A DNA stretch of 27,975 nt from Solirubrobacterales bacterium (GCA_038232575.1 JBBSNQ010000001.1:1-27975); one strand, 5' to 3'. Shown: positions 11,643-20,612, counted from the first letter of the stretch. Notes: a model not told the origin generated them from the letters alone. Program-made: numbers and translations.

Positions 11643-12317
11643 CTAGAGCTCCGCCTCGAGGCGCAGTGTCCGCAGCGTCGCGCTGATGCGGTCCCAGACC
11701 TCGTCGGCCGAGCGGCTGCCGTCGAGGCGGTGCAGGATGCTCTGCTCCTCGTAGTGCTCGATCAGCGGCTCGGTCTGGGCGTGGTAGGTCTCGAGCCGGT
11801 GGCGCAACGTCTCCGGCTCGTCGTCCGAGCGCTGCTTGAGCGGCGAGCCGTCGCGGTCGCAGACCCCCTCGCGGTCGGGGGGATCGAACTCGACGTGGTA
11901 GAGATGCCCGCTCTGCTCGCAGATCCGGCGGCCCGACAGGCGCCTGATCACCTCCTCGTCCCCGGCTTCGATCAGCAGCGCGGCCGTCAGCCGGCGTCCG
12001 CGCCGCTCGAGGCCCTGCTCGAGCGACTCGGCCTGCGCGGCGGTCCGCGGGAAACCGTCGACCACGAAGCCGTCGGCGGCTTCGTCGGAGTCGACGCGCT
12101 CGGTCACGACCGCCGTGATCAGCTCGTCCGGCACGAGGTCGCCGCGCTCCATGTAGCTGCCCGCCTCGCGGCCGAGCTCCGACTCTTCCTTGACCGCCGC
12201 GCGCAGGATGTCCCCGGTCGCATAGTAGGGCAGCTCGAAGTCCTCGACCAAGCGCTCGGCCTGGGTTCCCTTGCCGGCCCCCGGGGGGCCGAGTAGGACT
12301 AGGTTGAGCTCGCCCAC
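11643..12317 (-). CDS. adk: Adenylate kinase (long LID)
   Basis: GPPGAGKGTQA P-loop, DGFPRT and the LID segment RRIC..SG..Y...C..DG. Confidence 0.97.
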   Translation of the reverse strand: MGELNLVLLGPPGAGKGTQAERLVEDFELPYYATGDILRAAVKEESELGREAGSYMERGDLVPDELITAVVTERVDSDEAADGFVVDGFPRTAAQAESLEQGLERRGRRLTAALLIEAGDEEVIRRLSGRRICEQSGHLYHVEFDPPDREGVCDRDGSPLKQRSDDEPETLRHRLETYHAQTEPLIEHYEEQSILHRLDGSRSADEVWDRISATLRTLRLEAEL

Positions 12318-12326
12318 AGCCGCGCA

Positions 12327-12332
12327 AGGGTA
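12327..12332 (-). promoter_or_regulatory. Putative -10 hexamer TACCCT for adk-map
   Basis: TANNNT lies 9 nt upstream of the adk GTG, with no SD. Confidence 0.45.
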
Positions 12333-12383
12333 GCGTGGCCGCCGTGCCGGCGCCCGATCGCGGGTCCCGGCCGGCCCCGTTCT

Positions 12384-12416
12384 GGGCTCGGGGCCGGCGA
12401 CCCCGGCTCCGAGCCC
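12384..12416 (-). terminator. GC-rich stem-loop directly after secY (terminator or stabilising hairpin, no U-tract)
   Basis: GGGCTCGG-A-GCCGG / CCGGC-C-CCGAGCCC gives 13 bp with one mismatch, 4 nt after the stop. Confidence 0.5.
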
Positions 12417-12420
12417 GGAG

Positions 12421-13692
12421 CTACTTCAGGAAGCCCTCGTAGTTGCGCATCATCAGCTGAGCCTCGAGCTGCTTCATCGTGTCGAGCGCCACGCCCACGA
12501 CGATCAGGATCGAGGTGCCGCCGAAGAAGAAGTTGGCACCGGTCTGGCTGATCAAGATCGTCGGCAGCGCGGCGATCGCCGCGAGGTAGAGCGCCCCCGG
12601 GAAGGTGAGGCGGGCGAGAATGCGGTCGAGGAACTCCGCCGTCGGCCGGCCGGGCCGCACGCCCGGCACGAAGCCGCCGTGCTTCTTCAGGTTGTCGGCC
12701 TGCTCGACTGGGTTGAAGGTGACCGCCGTGTAGAAGTAGGTGAAGACGATGATCATCAGCGACTCGCCGATCAGGAATGCGGGTCCGCTCGGGCGGAAGA
12801 GAACCGCGAGGTCCTGCGCCCACTGCGCCTGGGAGAGCGTCCCGACGGTCGGCGGGAAGGCCATCAGCGAGGCGGCGAAGATGACCGGGATCACGCCTGC
12901 CATGTTCACGCGCAGCGGCAGGTAGGTCGAGCCGCCGCCCGCCATCCGGCGCCCGATCATGCGCTTGGCGTACTGGATCGGTATCCGGCGCTGGCCCTCC
13001 TGCATGAAGACGATGCCGACGATCACCGCCATCGCCAGGAAGGGCATCATCACGCGGAAGACCTGATCGGGGCTCGTCCACCATCCCTGGATGCCCTGCG
13101 GGAGGCTCGAGACGATGCTCGCGAAGATCATCAGCGAGATGCCGTTGCCGATCCCGCGCTGGGTGATCAACTCGCCGAGCCACATCACGAGCACCGTGCC
13201 CGCGGTCAGCGTCACGACGATCGTGAAGACGGTCGCGAAGCCGAAGTTGTCGACGACCTCGGCGCCGCCGCTCGAGGCAAAGCTCCGGAACAGGAACGTG
13301 TACCCGATCGCCTGGCCGAAGGCGAGCGCGACTGTCAGGTAGCGCGTGTACTGGGTGATCCGCTGCTGACCGACCTCGCCCTCCTTGCGCAGCTTCTCGA
13401 GCGTCGGAACGACGACGGTCATCAGCTGCAGGATGATCGAGGCGGTGATGTAGGGCATGATCCCGAGCGCGAAGATCGCGAAGCGCTGCAGACTGCCGCC
13501 CGAGAAGGTGTTCAGGAAGCCGAGCACGTTGCCGCCGCCGAACTGCGCGGAGGCGGCGCTGATGGCGTCGGGGTTGATGCCCGGTGCCGGGATGTAGGCG
13601 CCGAAGCGGTAGAGCAGAAGCATCGCCGCGGTGAAGGCGATCTTCCTGCGGATCTCGGGAATCCGCAGCGAGTTGGTGAGCGTCTGGAGCAT
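12421..13692 (-). CDS. secY: Preprotein translocase subunit SecY
   Basis: ALGIMPYITASII, GIGNGISL and GGTSILIVVGVA motifs, with multiple TM helices. Confidence 0.98.
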   Translation of the reverse strand: MLQTLTNSLRIPEIRRKIAFTAAMLLLYRFGAYIPAPGINPDAISAASAQFGGGNVLGFLNTFSGGSLQRFAIFALGIMPYITASIILQLMTVVVPTLEKLRKEGEVGQQRITQYTRYLTVALAFGQAIGYTFLFRSFASSGGAEVVDNFGFATVFTIVVTLTAGTVLVMWLGELITQRGIGNGISLMIFASIVSSLPQGIQGWWTSPDQVFRVMMPFLAMAVIVGIVFMQEGQRRIPIQYAKRMIGRRMAGGGSTYLPLRVNMAGVIPVIFAASLMAFPPTVGTLSQAQWAQDLAVLFRPSGPAFLIGESLMIIVFTYFYTAVTFNPVEQADNLKKHGGFVPGVRPGRPTAEFLDRILARLTFPGALYLAAIAALPTILISQTGANFFFGGTSILIVVGVALDTMKQLEAQLMMRNYEGFLK

Positions 13693-13701
13693 CGCCGCGG
13701 C

Positions 13702-13725
13702 CTAGATAGTCGGGGGATCGATCAT
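13702..13725 (-). CDS. Spacer mini-ORF MIDPPTI
   Basis: ATG directly follows the rplO TAG. It stops 9 nt before the secY ATG, in the same frame. Confidence 0.3.
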   Translation of the reverse strand: MIDPPTI

Positions 13726-14235
13726 CTAGTGCTCGAGCAGGGTGGCGCTCCCGCCCGCGGCCTCGATCTTCGCGCGTGCCTGGCGCGAGAACCCGTGCGC
13801 GCTGACCGTCAGCGGCTTCGAGAGCTCGCCGCGGGCGAGAACCTTGACCGGGGAGTCCTTGCGCGTCGCGAGCCCGCGCGCGGCGAGCTCGGCCGGTCCG
13901 ACCGAGGCGCCGCTCTCGAAGCGTGCATCGAGATCCTCCAGGTTGACGGGCTGCGAGTGGGTGCGGAACTGCTCGAAGGGCATCGACTTCTTCATGTGCG
14001 GCCCGCGCAGCTTGCGCATGCGCATGTGGATCGGCATCTGCCCGCCCTCGTAGGCGACGTTGCGCTTGGCGCCCGTGCGAGCCCCGGCACCCTTATGGCC
14101 GCGACCGGCGGTCTTGCCGTGGCCGGATCCCTCGCCGCGTCCGACCCGCTTGGCGGCGTGCCTCGACCCGCGCGCGGGCGCTAGTCGGTGAAGCAGCCCC
14201 GCCGGCGGATCCTCCTCGCGGGGGCGCTCAGCCAT
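13726..14235 (-). CDS. rplO: 50S ribosomal protein L15
   Basis: RVGRGEGSGHGKTAGRGHKG and YEGGQMP motifs. Confidence 0.97.
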   Translation of the reverse strand: MAERPREEDPPAGLLHRLAPARGSRHAAKRVGRGEGSGHGKTAGRGHKGAGARTGAKRNVAYEGGQMPIHMRMRKLRGPHMKKSMPFEQFRTHSQPVNLEDLDARFESGASVGPAELAARGLATRKDSPVKVLARGELSKPLTVSAHGFSRQARAKIEAAGGSATLLEH

Positions 14236-14440
14236 CGGCCTGCTCCTCGACCCGCACGAGATGGGCGACCGCGTACAGGGCGCCGCGGACGGTCGGATCG
14301 TCGGGACGATCGGCCACGGCCCCGATCCTGCCCAGGCCGAGCGTACGCAGCGTCGCGCGCTGGCGCGCGCTGGTGCCGTTCGGGGAGCGCACCTGGGTGA
14401 CCCTGACAGTGCGCTGGCGCTCGGCGGCCGCGGCTGCCAC
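14228..14440 (-). CDS. rpmD: 50S ribosomal protein L30
   Basis: VTQVRS..G...RQRATLRTLGL motif. GTG start via TAGTG overlap with rpsE. Confidence 0.93.
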   Translation of the reverse strand: MAAAAAERQRTVRVTQVRSPNGTSARQRATLRTLGLGRIGAVADRPDDPTVRGALYAVAHLVRVEEQADG

Positions 14441-15105
14441 TACGCGCTCGCCCCGCTCGGCGAGGCATCCTCGGCGGCGGGCGCAGCCGCCGGCTCGGTC
14501 GCCGGCTCGCTCGAGGTGCCCTCGCCAGGCTTCCCGGCCGCCGCGCTGTCGGCAGGCTGCTTCACCGCCGCGCCGTTGCCGCCGCGGCGGACGTCGATGC
14601 CGAGCACCTCGCGCACGGAGAGCCCGCGGAGCTCGGCAACGTCGCGCGGACTGCGCAGCGACTTGAGCCCCGCCATCGTCGCTCGCACCAGGTTGGTCGG
14701 GTTCTGCGAGCCGAGCGACTTGGAGAGCACGTCGCGGATCCCGGCCAGCTCGAGCACGGCGCGCACGCCACCGCCGGCGATGACGCCCGTTCCCTCCGAG
14801 GCCGGCTTGAGGAAGACCCTGCCGGCGCCGTGCACGCCCGTCACCTGATGGGTGATCGTCGAGCCGTGCATCGGCACCTCGTAGAGGTTCCTGCGCGCGC
14901 GCTCGACGCCCTTCTGGATCGCGAGGGGAACCTCGTTGGCCTTGCCGTAGCCGACACCGACCTGCGAGCGCTCATCGCCGACCACTACGAGCGCGGTGAA
15001 CGAGAAGCGGCGTCCGCCCTTGACCACCTTTGCGACGCGGTTGATCTCGACGACCCGCTCCTGCAGGTCGCCGCCGCCCGGCCCTGTGCGATCGCCGCGT
15101 GCCAT
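14440..15105 (-). CDS. rpsE: 30S ribosomal protein S5 with Ala/Pro/Glu-rich C-terminal tail
   Basis: Start re-called to ATG 15105. [16 protein letters not shown] and GTGVIAGG motifs. Confidence 0.96.
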   Translation of the reverse strand: MARGDRTGPGGGDLQERVVEINRVAKVVKGGRRFSFTALVVVGDERSQVGVGYGKANEVPLAIQKGVERARRNLYEVPMHGSTITHQVTGVHGAGRVFLKPASEGTGVIAGGGVRAVLELAGIRDVLSKSLGSQNPTNLVRATMAGLKSLRSPRDVAELRGLSVREVLGIDVRRGGNGAAVKQPADSAAAGKPGEGTSSEPATEPAAAPAAEDASPSGASA

Positions 15106-15137
15106 GAGCTCGTTCGAGGGTACCTGACGCCCCCGCG

Positions 15138-15491
15138 CTAGAAGCGCAGGCCGCCCTCTCGCGCACCCTCGGCGAGCGCTCGCACGCGGCCGTGGTAGCG
15201 GTAGCCGCCGCGATCGAAGACGCACGCCTCGGTGCCCGCCTCGCGGGCGCGCGCGCCGATCAGCTCGCCGGCCCTGCGCGCCTGCTCCATCCTGCCCAGG
15301 TCGCGCAGGTCGGCCTCGGTCCAGCTGACGGCCGCGACCGTGTGGCCGCGGTCGTCGTCGATCAGCTGCGCATGCAGCCCGCGATTGGAGCGGAAGACGG
15401 CGAGCCGTGGCCGTTCGGCCGAGCCGCGGATCTTGGCGCGTACGCGCCTGCGGCGGCGCAGGCGCTTGGCGGGACGGGTCGCTTGACTCAT
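15138..15491 (-). CDS. rplR: 50S ribosomal protein L18
   Basis: [10 protein letters not shown] and [12 protein letters not shown] motifs. Confidence 0.97.
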   Translation of the reverse strand: MSQATRPAKRLRRRRRVRAKIRGSAERPRLAVFRSNRGLHAQLIDDDRGHTVAAVSWTEADLRDLGRMEQARRAGELIGARAREAGTEACVFDRGGYRYHGRVRALAEGAREGGLRF

Positions 15492-16021
15492 GCGCGTTTA
15501 CCCACCTTGCGGGTGACCTGCTCGCCTTCGTAACGAATGCCCTTGCCCTTGTAGGGCTCCGGTGGGCGCACCTTGCGCACGCGCGCCGCGGTCTCGCCGA
15601 CCTGCTGCTTGGAGACCCCTCGCACCACGACCCGAGTCGGCTGCGGGACCTCGAACTCGATGCCGTAGGGCGCTTCGAGCACGACCGGGTGCGAGTAGCC
15701 GACCGCGAGCTGGAGATCGCTGCCGCGCAGCGTCGCGCGATAGCCGACCCCCTGGATCTCGAGCCGGCGCTCATAGCCGTGAGTCACCCCTTGGACCATG
15801 TTGGCGATCAAGGAGCGGGTGAGACCGTGCAGGGCGCGATGCTCGCCGCGCTCGGTCGGGCGGCTGACGCGGACCTCGCCATCCTCCTGCTCGACGGCCA
15901 TGTCGAGCGACACGCGCTCGGCGAGCTCACCCTTCGGCCCGTTGACGCGCACGACGCCCGGCTCGATCGCAACGGTGACGCCCTCGGGCACCGCGATCGG
16001 CGCTCTGCCGATGCGGCTCAC
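15488..16021 (-). CDS. rplF: 50S ribosomal protein L6
   Basis: Start re-called to GTG 16021 (MSRIGRAPI). [13 protein letters not shown] motif. Confidence 0.96.
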   Translation of the reverse strand: MSRIGRAPIAVPEGVTVAIEPGVVRVNGPKGELAERVSLDMAVEQEDGEVRVSRPTERGEHRALHGLTRSLIANMVQGVTHGYERRLEIQGVGYRATLRGSDLQLAVGYSHPVVLEAPYGIEFEVPQPTRVVVRGVSKQQVGETAARVRKVRPPEPYKGKGIRYEGEQVTRKVGKRA

Positions 16022-16140
16022 GACGCCCCAGATGGTTGATTTCGCGGCCGCCTGGGTCTGGGGGCAGGCGGGCGGGGTCGTGGACTCACCCATCTAGCCC
16101 GCGCGCGCGCAATCCTCTGCCTGTCAGCGAGATCCCCCAT
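16018..16140 (-). CDS. 40-aa Arg/Pro-rich spacer ORF between rpsH and rplF
   Basis: ATG lies 4 nt after the rpsH TAG. Manual translation gives [40 protein letters not shown]. Its TGA overlaps the rplF GTG. Codon usage is atypical. Confidence 0.35.
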   Translation of the reverse strand: MGDLADRQRIARARARWVSPRPRPPAPRPRRPRNQPSGAS

Positions 16141-16144
16141 GGCG

Positions 16145-16543
16145 CTAGTAGACCTCGGCGACGACCTCGCCGCCGATCCCCGCCGCGCGCGCCTCGTGTC
16201 CGCTCATGACCCCCTGCGAGGTCGACAGCACCGCGGTCCCCATGCCGCCGAGGACCTTGGGTATCTCGCCGGCGCCCACGTAGGTGCGCAGGCCGGGACG
16301 CGAGACCCGCCGCAGCGACGATATGACCGGCTGGCGGCTCGCCGCGTACTTGAGCCGCACGGCTATCACCTCGCCCACGCGAGCCGGCTCGACCGAGTAG
16401 CCCTCGATGTAGCCCTGCTCGGTCAGCAGCCGCGCGAGCTCGACCTTGAACTTCGACGCCGGCATCTCCACGACCTCGTGGCTGGCCGCAAGGCCGTTTC
16501 GGATGCGGGTCAGGAAGTCGGCTACCGGATCGGTCATGCTCAT
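16145..16543 (-). CDS. rpsH: 30S ribosomal protein S8
   Basis: MTDPVADFLTRIRN, RVSRPGLR.Y and STSQGVM motifs. Confidence 0.98.
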   Translation of the reverse strand: MSMTDPVADFLTRIRNGLAASHEVVEMPASKFKVELARLLTEQGYIEGYSVEPARVGEVIAVRLKYAASRQPVISSLRRVSRPGLRTYVGAGEIPKVLGGMGTAVLSTSQGVMSGHEARAAGIGGEVVAEVY

Positions 16544-16553
16544 CGCAAGCCTC

Positions 16554-16739
16554 CTACCAGCTCGACTTCACGAGGCCGGGCACGTAGCCCTCGTGGGCGA
16601 GCTCGCGCAGGCAGATCCGGCAGAGGCCGAACTTGCGGATGTAGGCGCGCGGGCGCGAGCAGCGCCGGCAGCGGTGGTTCACCCTCGTCTTGTACTTCGC
16701 CGGGCGCTGTGCGCGCGCGACCTGTGCCTTCTTCGCCAT
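16554..16739 (-). CDS. rpsZ: 30S ribosomal protein S14 type Z (Zn-binding)
   Basis: 61 aa with CRRC...CRIC. Confidence 0.96.
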   Translation of the reverse strand: MAKKAQVARAQRPAKYKTRVNHRCRRCSRPRAYIRKFGLCRICLRELAHEGYVPGLVKSSW

Positions 16740-16741
16740 GC

Positions 16742-17344
16742 CTAGGCCTCGCTTCCGTTGCTGCTCGGCTCCGGACGACCCTCGCGGGCGAACGGCATCC
16801 CGAAGGCCTCGAGCAGCGCGAGCGCCTCGGCATCGGTGCTCGCCGAGGTGGTGATCGCGATGTCGAGGCCGCGCACCTGGTCGATGGCGTCGTAGTCGAT
16901 CTCCGGAAAGATGATCTGCTCCCTGAGTCCCATCGAATAGTTGCCGCGCCCGTCGAAGGAGCGCGCGTTCAGTCCGCGGAAGTCTCGCACGCGCGGGATC
17001 GCGATCGACATCAGCCGGTCGAGGAACTCGTACATGCGCGTGTCGCGCAGCGTGACCGCCACGCCGATCGGCATGCCGTCGCGCAGCTTGAAGCCGGCGA
17101 TCGAGCGGCGCGCCACACGCACGTTCGGCGCCTGCCCGGCGATCGTCGCGAGCTGGCTCTTGGCCGACTCGAGCAGCTTTGAGTCCTGCTTTGCCTCGCC
17201 GATGCCCATGTTGACCGTGATCTTGACGAGCCGCGGCACGTCCATCGCGCTCGAGTAGCCGAAGCGCTCGCGCAGCTGGGGCGCCAGCGCACTGTTGTAG
17301 TGCTCCTTCAGGCGGGGCACGATCGTGGGCGCGGGAGCACTCAT
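16742..17344 (-). CDS. rplE: 50S ribosomal protein L5
   Basis: Start re-called to ATG 17344 (TGATG overlap with rplX). IPRVRDFRG and [10 protein letters not shown] motifs. Confidence 0.97.
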   Translation of the reverse strand: MSAPAPTIVPRLKEHYNSALAPQLRERFGYSSAMDVPRLVKITVNMGIGEAKQDSKLLESAKSQLATIAGQAPNVRVARRSIAGFKLRDGMPIGVAVTLRDTRMYEFLDRLMSIAIPRVRDFRGLNARSFDGRGNYSMGLREQIIFPEIDYDAIDQVRGLDIAITTSASTDAEALALLEAFGMPFAREGRPEPSSNGSEA

Positions 17345-17670
17345 CAGTCGATCGCCTCCCCCGTACGGCGGGCGATGCGGGTGCGCCGCCCGCCCTCGCG
17401 GCGGATGCCGACGCGCGTGGCGTCGCCGCTCTTCGGATCGAGCAGCATCACGTTCGACACGTGGATCGGCCCCTCCGACTCGACCACTCCGCCCACCTTG
17501 CCGCCCTTCTGGGTGTCGCGCACCGTCGTGGGGCGCTCGTGGCGCTTGCGCATGTTCAGCCCCTCGACGTAGACGCGCTCCTTCGCGCGATCGACGCGCA
17601 GGACGCGGCCGGTCTTGCCGAGGTCCTTGCCGGAGATCACCTTGACCATGTCGTCGCGACGCACCTTCAC
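17344..17670 (-). CDS. rplX: 50S ribosomal protein L24
   Basis: GTG 17670 gives [19 protein letters not shown] (KOW motif). EGPIHVSNV motif. Confidence 0.94.
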   Translation of the reverse strand: MKVRRDDMVKVISGKDLGKTGRVLRVDRAKERVYVEGLNMRKRHERPTTVRDTQKGGKVGGVVESEGPIHVSNVMLLDPKSGDATRVGIRREGGRRTRIARRTGEAID

Positions 17671-17711
17671 GAGGTGATTGGCTCCGCGGCCGCGTGTGCA
17701 CGGGGGCCCAT
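17667..17711 (-). CDS. Spacer mini-[17 protein letters not shown]
   Basis: ATG directly follows the rplN TAG. Its TGA overlaps the rplX GTG. Confidence 0.35.
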   Translation of the reverse strand: MGPRAHAAAEPITS

Positions 17712-18080
17712 CTAGAGGACCTCCGGCGCGAGCGAGACGATCTTCATGAAGTTCCGGTCGCGCAGCTCGCGCGCCACCGGCCCGAAGATGCGCGTCCCGC
17801 GCGGGTTGCGTTGGGGATCGATCAGGACCGCGGCGTTCTCGTCGAAGGCGATGTAGGTGCCGTCCTCGCGCCCCAGCTGCTTGCGCGTGCGCACGATGAC
17901 CGCGCTGACGACCTCGCCCTTGCGGACCGACCCGTTCGGGATAGCCCGCTTCACGGTGCCCACGATCACGTCGCCCACGCCTGCGTGGCGCCGGCGCGAG
18001 CCGCCCGGGATGCGAATGCACAGGAGCTCGCGCGCACCCGTGTTGTCGGCGATGCGCAGCCGGGTCTCGACACTGATCAT
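17712..18080 (-). CDS. rplN: 50S ribosomal protein L14
   Basis: ADNTGA and [13 protein letters not shown] motifs. Confidence 0.98.
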   Translation of the reverse strand: MISVETRLRIADNTGARELLCIRIPGGSRRRHAGVGDVIVGTVKRAIPNGSVRKGEVVSAVIVRTRKQLGREDGTYIAFDENAAVLIDPQRNPRGTRIFGPVARELRDRNFMKIVSLAPEVL

Positions 18081-18490
18081 CGCGCCCGCTCCAGGATCTC
18101 GTCCAGCCGCCAGCGCTTGGTGCGGCTCAGCGGGCGGGTCTCGAGCACGCGCACGGTATCGCCGGTGTGCGCCTCGTTGCGCTCGTCGTGGGCGTGCAGC
18201 TTCGACGACTCGCGCAGGATCTTCTTGTAGACCGGGTGGCGCCGCGTCACGTCGATGCGCACGACGATCGTCTTGTCGCCCTTGTCGGAGACGACGAGTC
18301 CCTGGCGCGTGCGCCGGCTGCCCTCGGCGCGCGGGGCGGGCTCCGGCGCCGGGGCGCGCGAGGACGCTCCCTGAACGCGCTTCTTACTCTGGCTTGCGCG
18401 CCACCTGCGGCGCGAGGCAGCGCGCGCCCGGCGCTGGGCGGCGCGCTCGGCGCGCCGGGCCTTCGTGTCGATCTGCTCAGCCTTGGACAT
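18077..18490 (-). CDS. rpsQ: 30S ribosomal protein S17 with basic N-terminal extension
   Basis: Core [16 protein letters not shown]...HDE.N...GDTV...[10 protein letters not shown], preceded by about 55 extra aa. Confidence 0.94.
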   Translation of the reverse strand: MSKAEQIDTKARRAERAAQRRARAASRRRWRASQSKKRVQGASSRAPAPEPAPRAEGSRRTRQGLVVSDKGDKTIVVRIDVTRRHPVYKKILRESSKLHAHDERNEAHTGDTVRVLETRPLSRTKRWRLDEILERAR

Positions 18491-18707
18491 CGCTCTGCCT
18501 CCGCAACTCCCGCTCCAGGTCGATGCCGCGCTCTCGGACCACGGTCAGGCCGCGGGCTAGATCGCGCTTGGTGGTGTCAATCCGCGCCGTGTTCTCGAGC
18601 TGACCCGTAGCGTGCTGGAAGCGCAGGTTGAACAGCTCCCGGCGCCGTTCGCCGACGAGCTCGACGAGCTGGTCATCCTCGAGCGCGTGCACCTCGCTGC
18701 CCTTCAC
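18477..18707 (-). CDS. rpmC: 50S ribosomal protein L29
   Basis: GTG 18707 (GTGA overlap with rplP). [16 protein letters not shown] motif. Confidence 0.95.
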   Translation of the reverse strand: MKGSEVHALEDDQLVELVGERRRELFNLRFQHATGQLENTARIDTTKRDLARGLTVVRERGIDLERELRRQSDVQG

Positions 18708-19138
18708 GCGCCCACCGCGCCCGATTCGACTCCCTCGCGCAGCACGAAGCGCGTCTTGACCGGAAGCTTGTGGCCCGCCAGGCGCATGGCCTCGCGGGCG
18801 AGCGGCTCCGGCACGCCGGCGAGCTCGAACATGACCCGGCCGGGCTTGACCACCGCGACCCAGCCCTCGGGCGAGCCCTTGCCCGAGCCCATGCGCGTCT
18901 CCGCCGGCTTCTTCGTCACCGGCTTGTCGGGGAAGATGTTGATCCAGACCTTGCCGCCGCGCTTGATCTTGCGCGTCATCGCGATCCGGGCGGCCTCGAT
19001 CTGGCGATCTGTCACCCAACCCCGATCGAGCGCCTTCAGGCCGTACTCGCCGAACGAGACGACCGTGCCACCGCGTGAGTAGCCGGCGCGGCGGCCGCGG
19101 TGCTGCTTGCGATGCTTGACGCGCTTGGGCTGGAGCAC
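18704..19138 (-). CDS. rplP: 50S ribosomal protein L16
   Basis: GTG 19138 gives [25 protein letters not shown] motif. Confidence 0.97.
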   Translation of the reverse strand: MLQPKRVKHRKQHRGRRAGYSRGGTVVSFGEYGLKALDRGWVTDRQIEAARIAMTRKIKRGGKVWINIFPDKPVTKKPAETRMGSGKGSPEGWVAVVKPGRVMFELAGVPEPLAREAMRLAGHKLPVKTRFVLREGVESGAVGA

Positions 19139-19140
19139 GA

Positions 19141-19965
19141 TCAGCCACCCGGCCTTGCGGACTGCGCCGGCGCTGCGCCGGCGGGCGGGCGGTTGCCGGC
19201 CGTGGATGGACCACGACCGTCGCCGGGTGGGCGGCCCCCGCCACCCCCGGGCCCGCGGCTCGCGCCACCGCGCGCTCCGCCGGGCCGGCCAGGTGCCTGC
19301 GTGGGCGCATCGAGCTGGGTCAGATCCTGCGCGAAGCCCGACGGCATGATCTCGCCCTTGTTGATCCAGACCTTCACGCCGATGCGGCCGAAGGTCGTCT
19401 TGGCCTCGAAAAAGCCGTAGTCGATGTCGGCGCGGAAGGTGTGCAGCGGCACGCGGCCCTCGGAGTAGCCCTCGGTGCGCGCCATCTCCGAGCCGCCGAG
19501 CCGACCGGAGACCTGGACCTTGACCCCCTTGGCGCCCGAGCGCATCGCGGAGGTCAACGAGCGCTTCATCGCGCGGCGAAAGGCGACCCGGTTGACGAGC
19601 TGCTCGGCGATCGACTGCGCCACGAGCCTCGAGTCGAGCTCGGGACGCTTGATCTCGAGGATGTTGACCCGCACCGACTTCTGCGTCATCCGGTGAAGCT
19701 CCCTGCGCAGGGCGTCGACCTCGGAGCCGGACTTGCCGATCACGATCCCGGGGCGGGCGGTGTGGATGTTGACCTCGACCTCGGTCTGGCTCTTCTTGAT
19801 CGTGATCTGGGAGAGGCCGGCGTGCGCGAGCTTGCCCTCGATGTGCTCGCGGATCTTGACGTCCTCGAGCAGGTAGTCGGCGTAGTTGCGCTCGTTGAAC
19901 CAGGTCGACTTCCAATCGTGGATGTAGCCGACCCGCAACGCCTCTGGGTGGATCTTCTGGCCCAT
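19141..19965 (-). CDS. rpsC: 30S ribosomal protein S3 with Gly/Arg/Pro-rich C-terminal tail
   Basis: [17 protein letters not shown] and GRVPLHT.RADIDY motifs. Confidence 0.98.
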   Translation of the reverse strand: MGQKIHPEALRVGYIHDWKSTWFNERNYADYLLEDVKIREHIEGKLAHAGLSQITIKKSQTEVEVNIHTARPGIVIGKSGSEVDALRRELHRMTQKSVRVNILEIKRPELDSRLVAQSIAEQLVNRVAFRRAMKRSLTSAMRSGAKGVKVQVSGRLGGSEMARTEGYSEGRVPLHTFRADIDYGFFEAKTTFGRIGVKVWINKGEIMPSGFAQDLTQLDAPTQAPGRPGGARGGASRGPGGGGGRPPGDGRGPSTAGNRPPAGAAPAQSARPGG

Positions 19966-19971
19966 GCGCGC

Positions 19972-20580
19972 CTACTCCTTGGGTGTCAGGGTGATGGTCA
20001 TGTGACTCGTGCGCTTGCGGATCGGCGTCGCCCGCCCGAGCGCGCGCGGGCGGAAGCGCTTGAGCGTGGGGCCCTCGTCGACGTAGGCCCGGTGCACTCT
20101 CATATCCTCGCCCACGAGCTCGTGGTTGTTCTCCGCATTCGCGATCGCGGACTCGAGCAGCTTGAGTATGTCGCGTGCGGCCCCGCGGGGTGTGAGCGCC
20201 AGCACGGAGCGCGCCTCGGCGACCGGCTTGCCGCGGATATGGTCGATCACGAGCCGGGCCTTCCGCGGAGCGCAGCGGACGTACTTGGCCTGGGCGCGCA
20301 CGACCACCGCGCCGCCGGCGTCACGGCCCGCCGCGCGCTTGGGCGTCGCCGCTGCCACCTCGGCCGACCCGCGCCGGCGCGCGGCGCGCGACGGCTGCTT
20401 TCCTGCCTCGGCCTCAGCCTCGGCCGAGTCGCCTGCTTCGGGCTCGCCCTTCGCCGGCTCGCCCTTCGCCGCCGCGCCCTCTGGCTCCCCGTCTGGACCG
20501 CCCTCGAGACGCTCGGCATCGTCGTCCGTATCGCTCGGGTCGCTCTTCTCGCGATCGCTCTTTCGCTTGCGCTCTGCCAT
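19972..20580 (-). CDS. rplV: 50S ribosomal protein L22 with about 90-aa N-terminal extension
   Basis: Core AQAKYVR..PRKARLV...[26 protein letters not shown] precedes ATG 20580. Confidence 0.95.
   Translation of the reverse strand: MAERKRKSDREKSDPSDTDDDAERLEGGPDGEPEGAAAKGEPAKGEPEAGDSAEAEAEAGKQPSRAARRRGSAEVAAATPKRAAGRDAGGAVVVRAQAKYVRCAPRKARLVIDHIRGKPVAEARSVLALTPRGAARDILKLLESAIANAENNHELVGEDMRVHRAYVDEGPTLKRFRPRALGRATPIRKRTSHMTITLTPKE
20441..20470. repeat. Perfect 15-bp tandem repeat x2 (GGCTCGCCCTTCGCC) encoding AKGEP repeats in the L22 extension
   Basis: Bases 20441-20455 and 20456-20470 are identical. Confidence 0.85.
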
Positions 20581-20612
20581 CAGTCGTTCCTCAAGCTAGC
20601 GGTGGCGCTCAT
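20580..20612 (-). CDS. Spacer mini-[13 protein letters not shown]
   Basis: ATGA overlap with the rpsS stop and TGATG overlap with the rplV start. Confidence 0.4.
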   Translation of the reverse strand: MSATASLRND

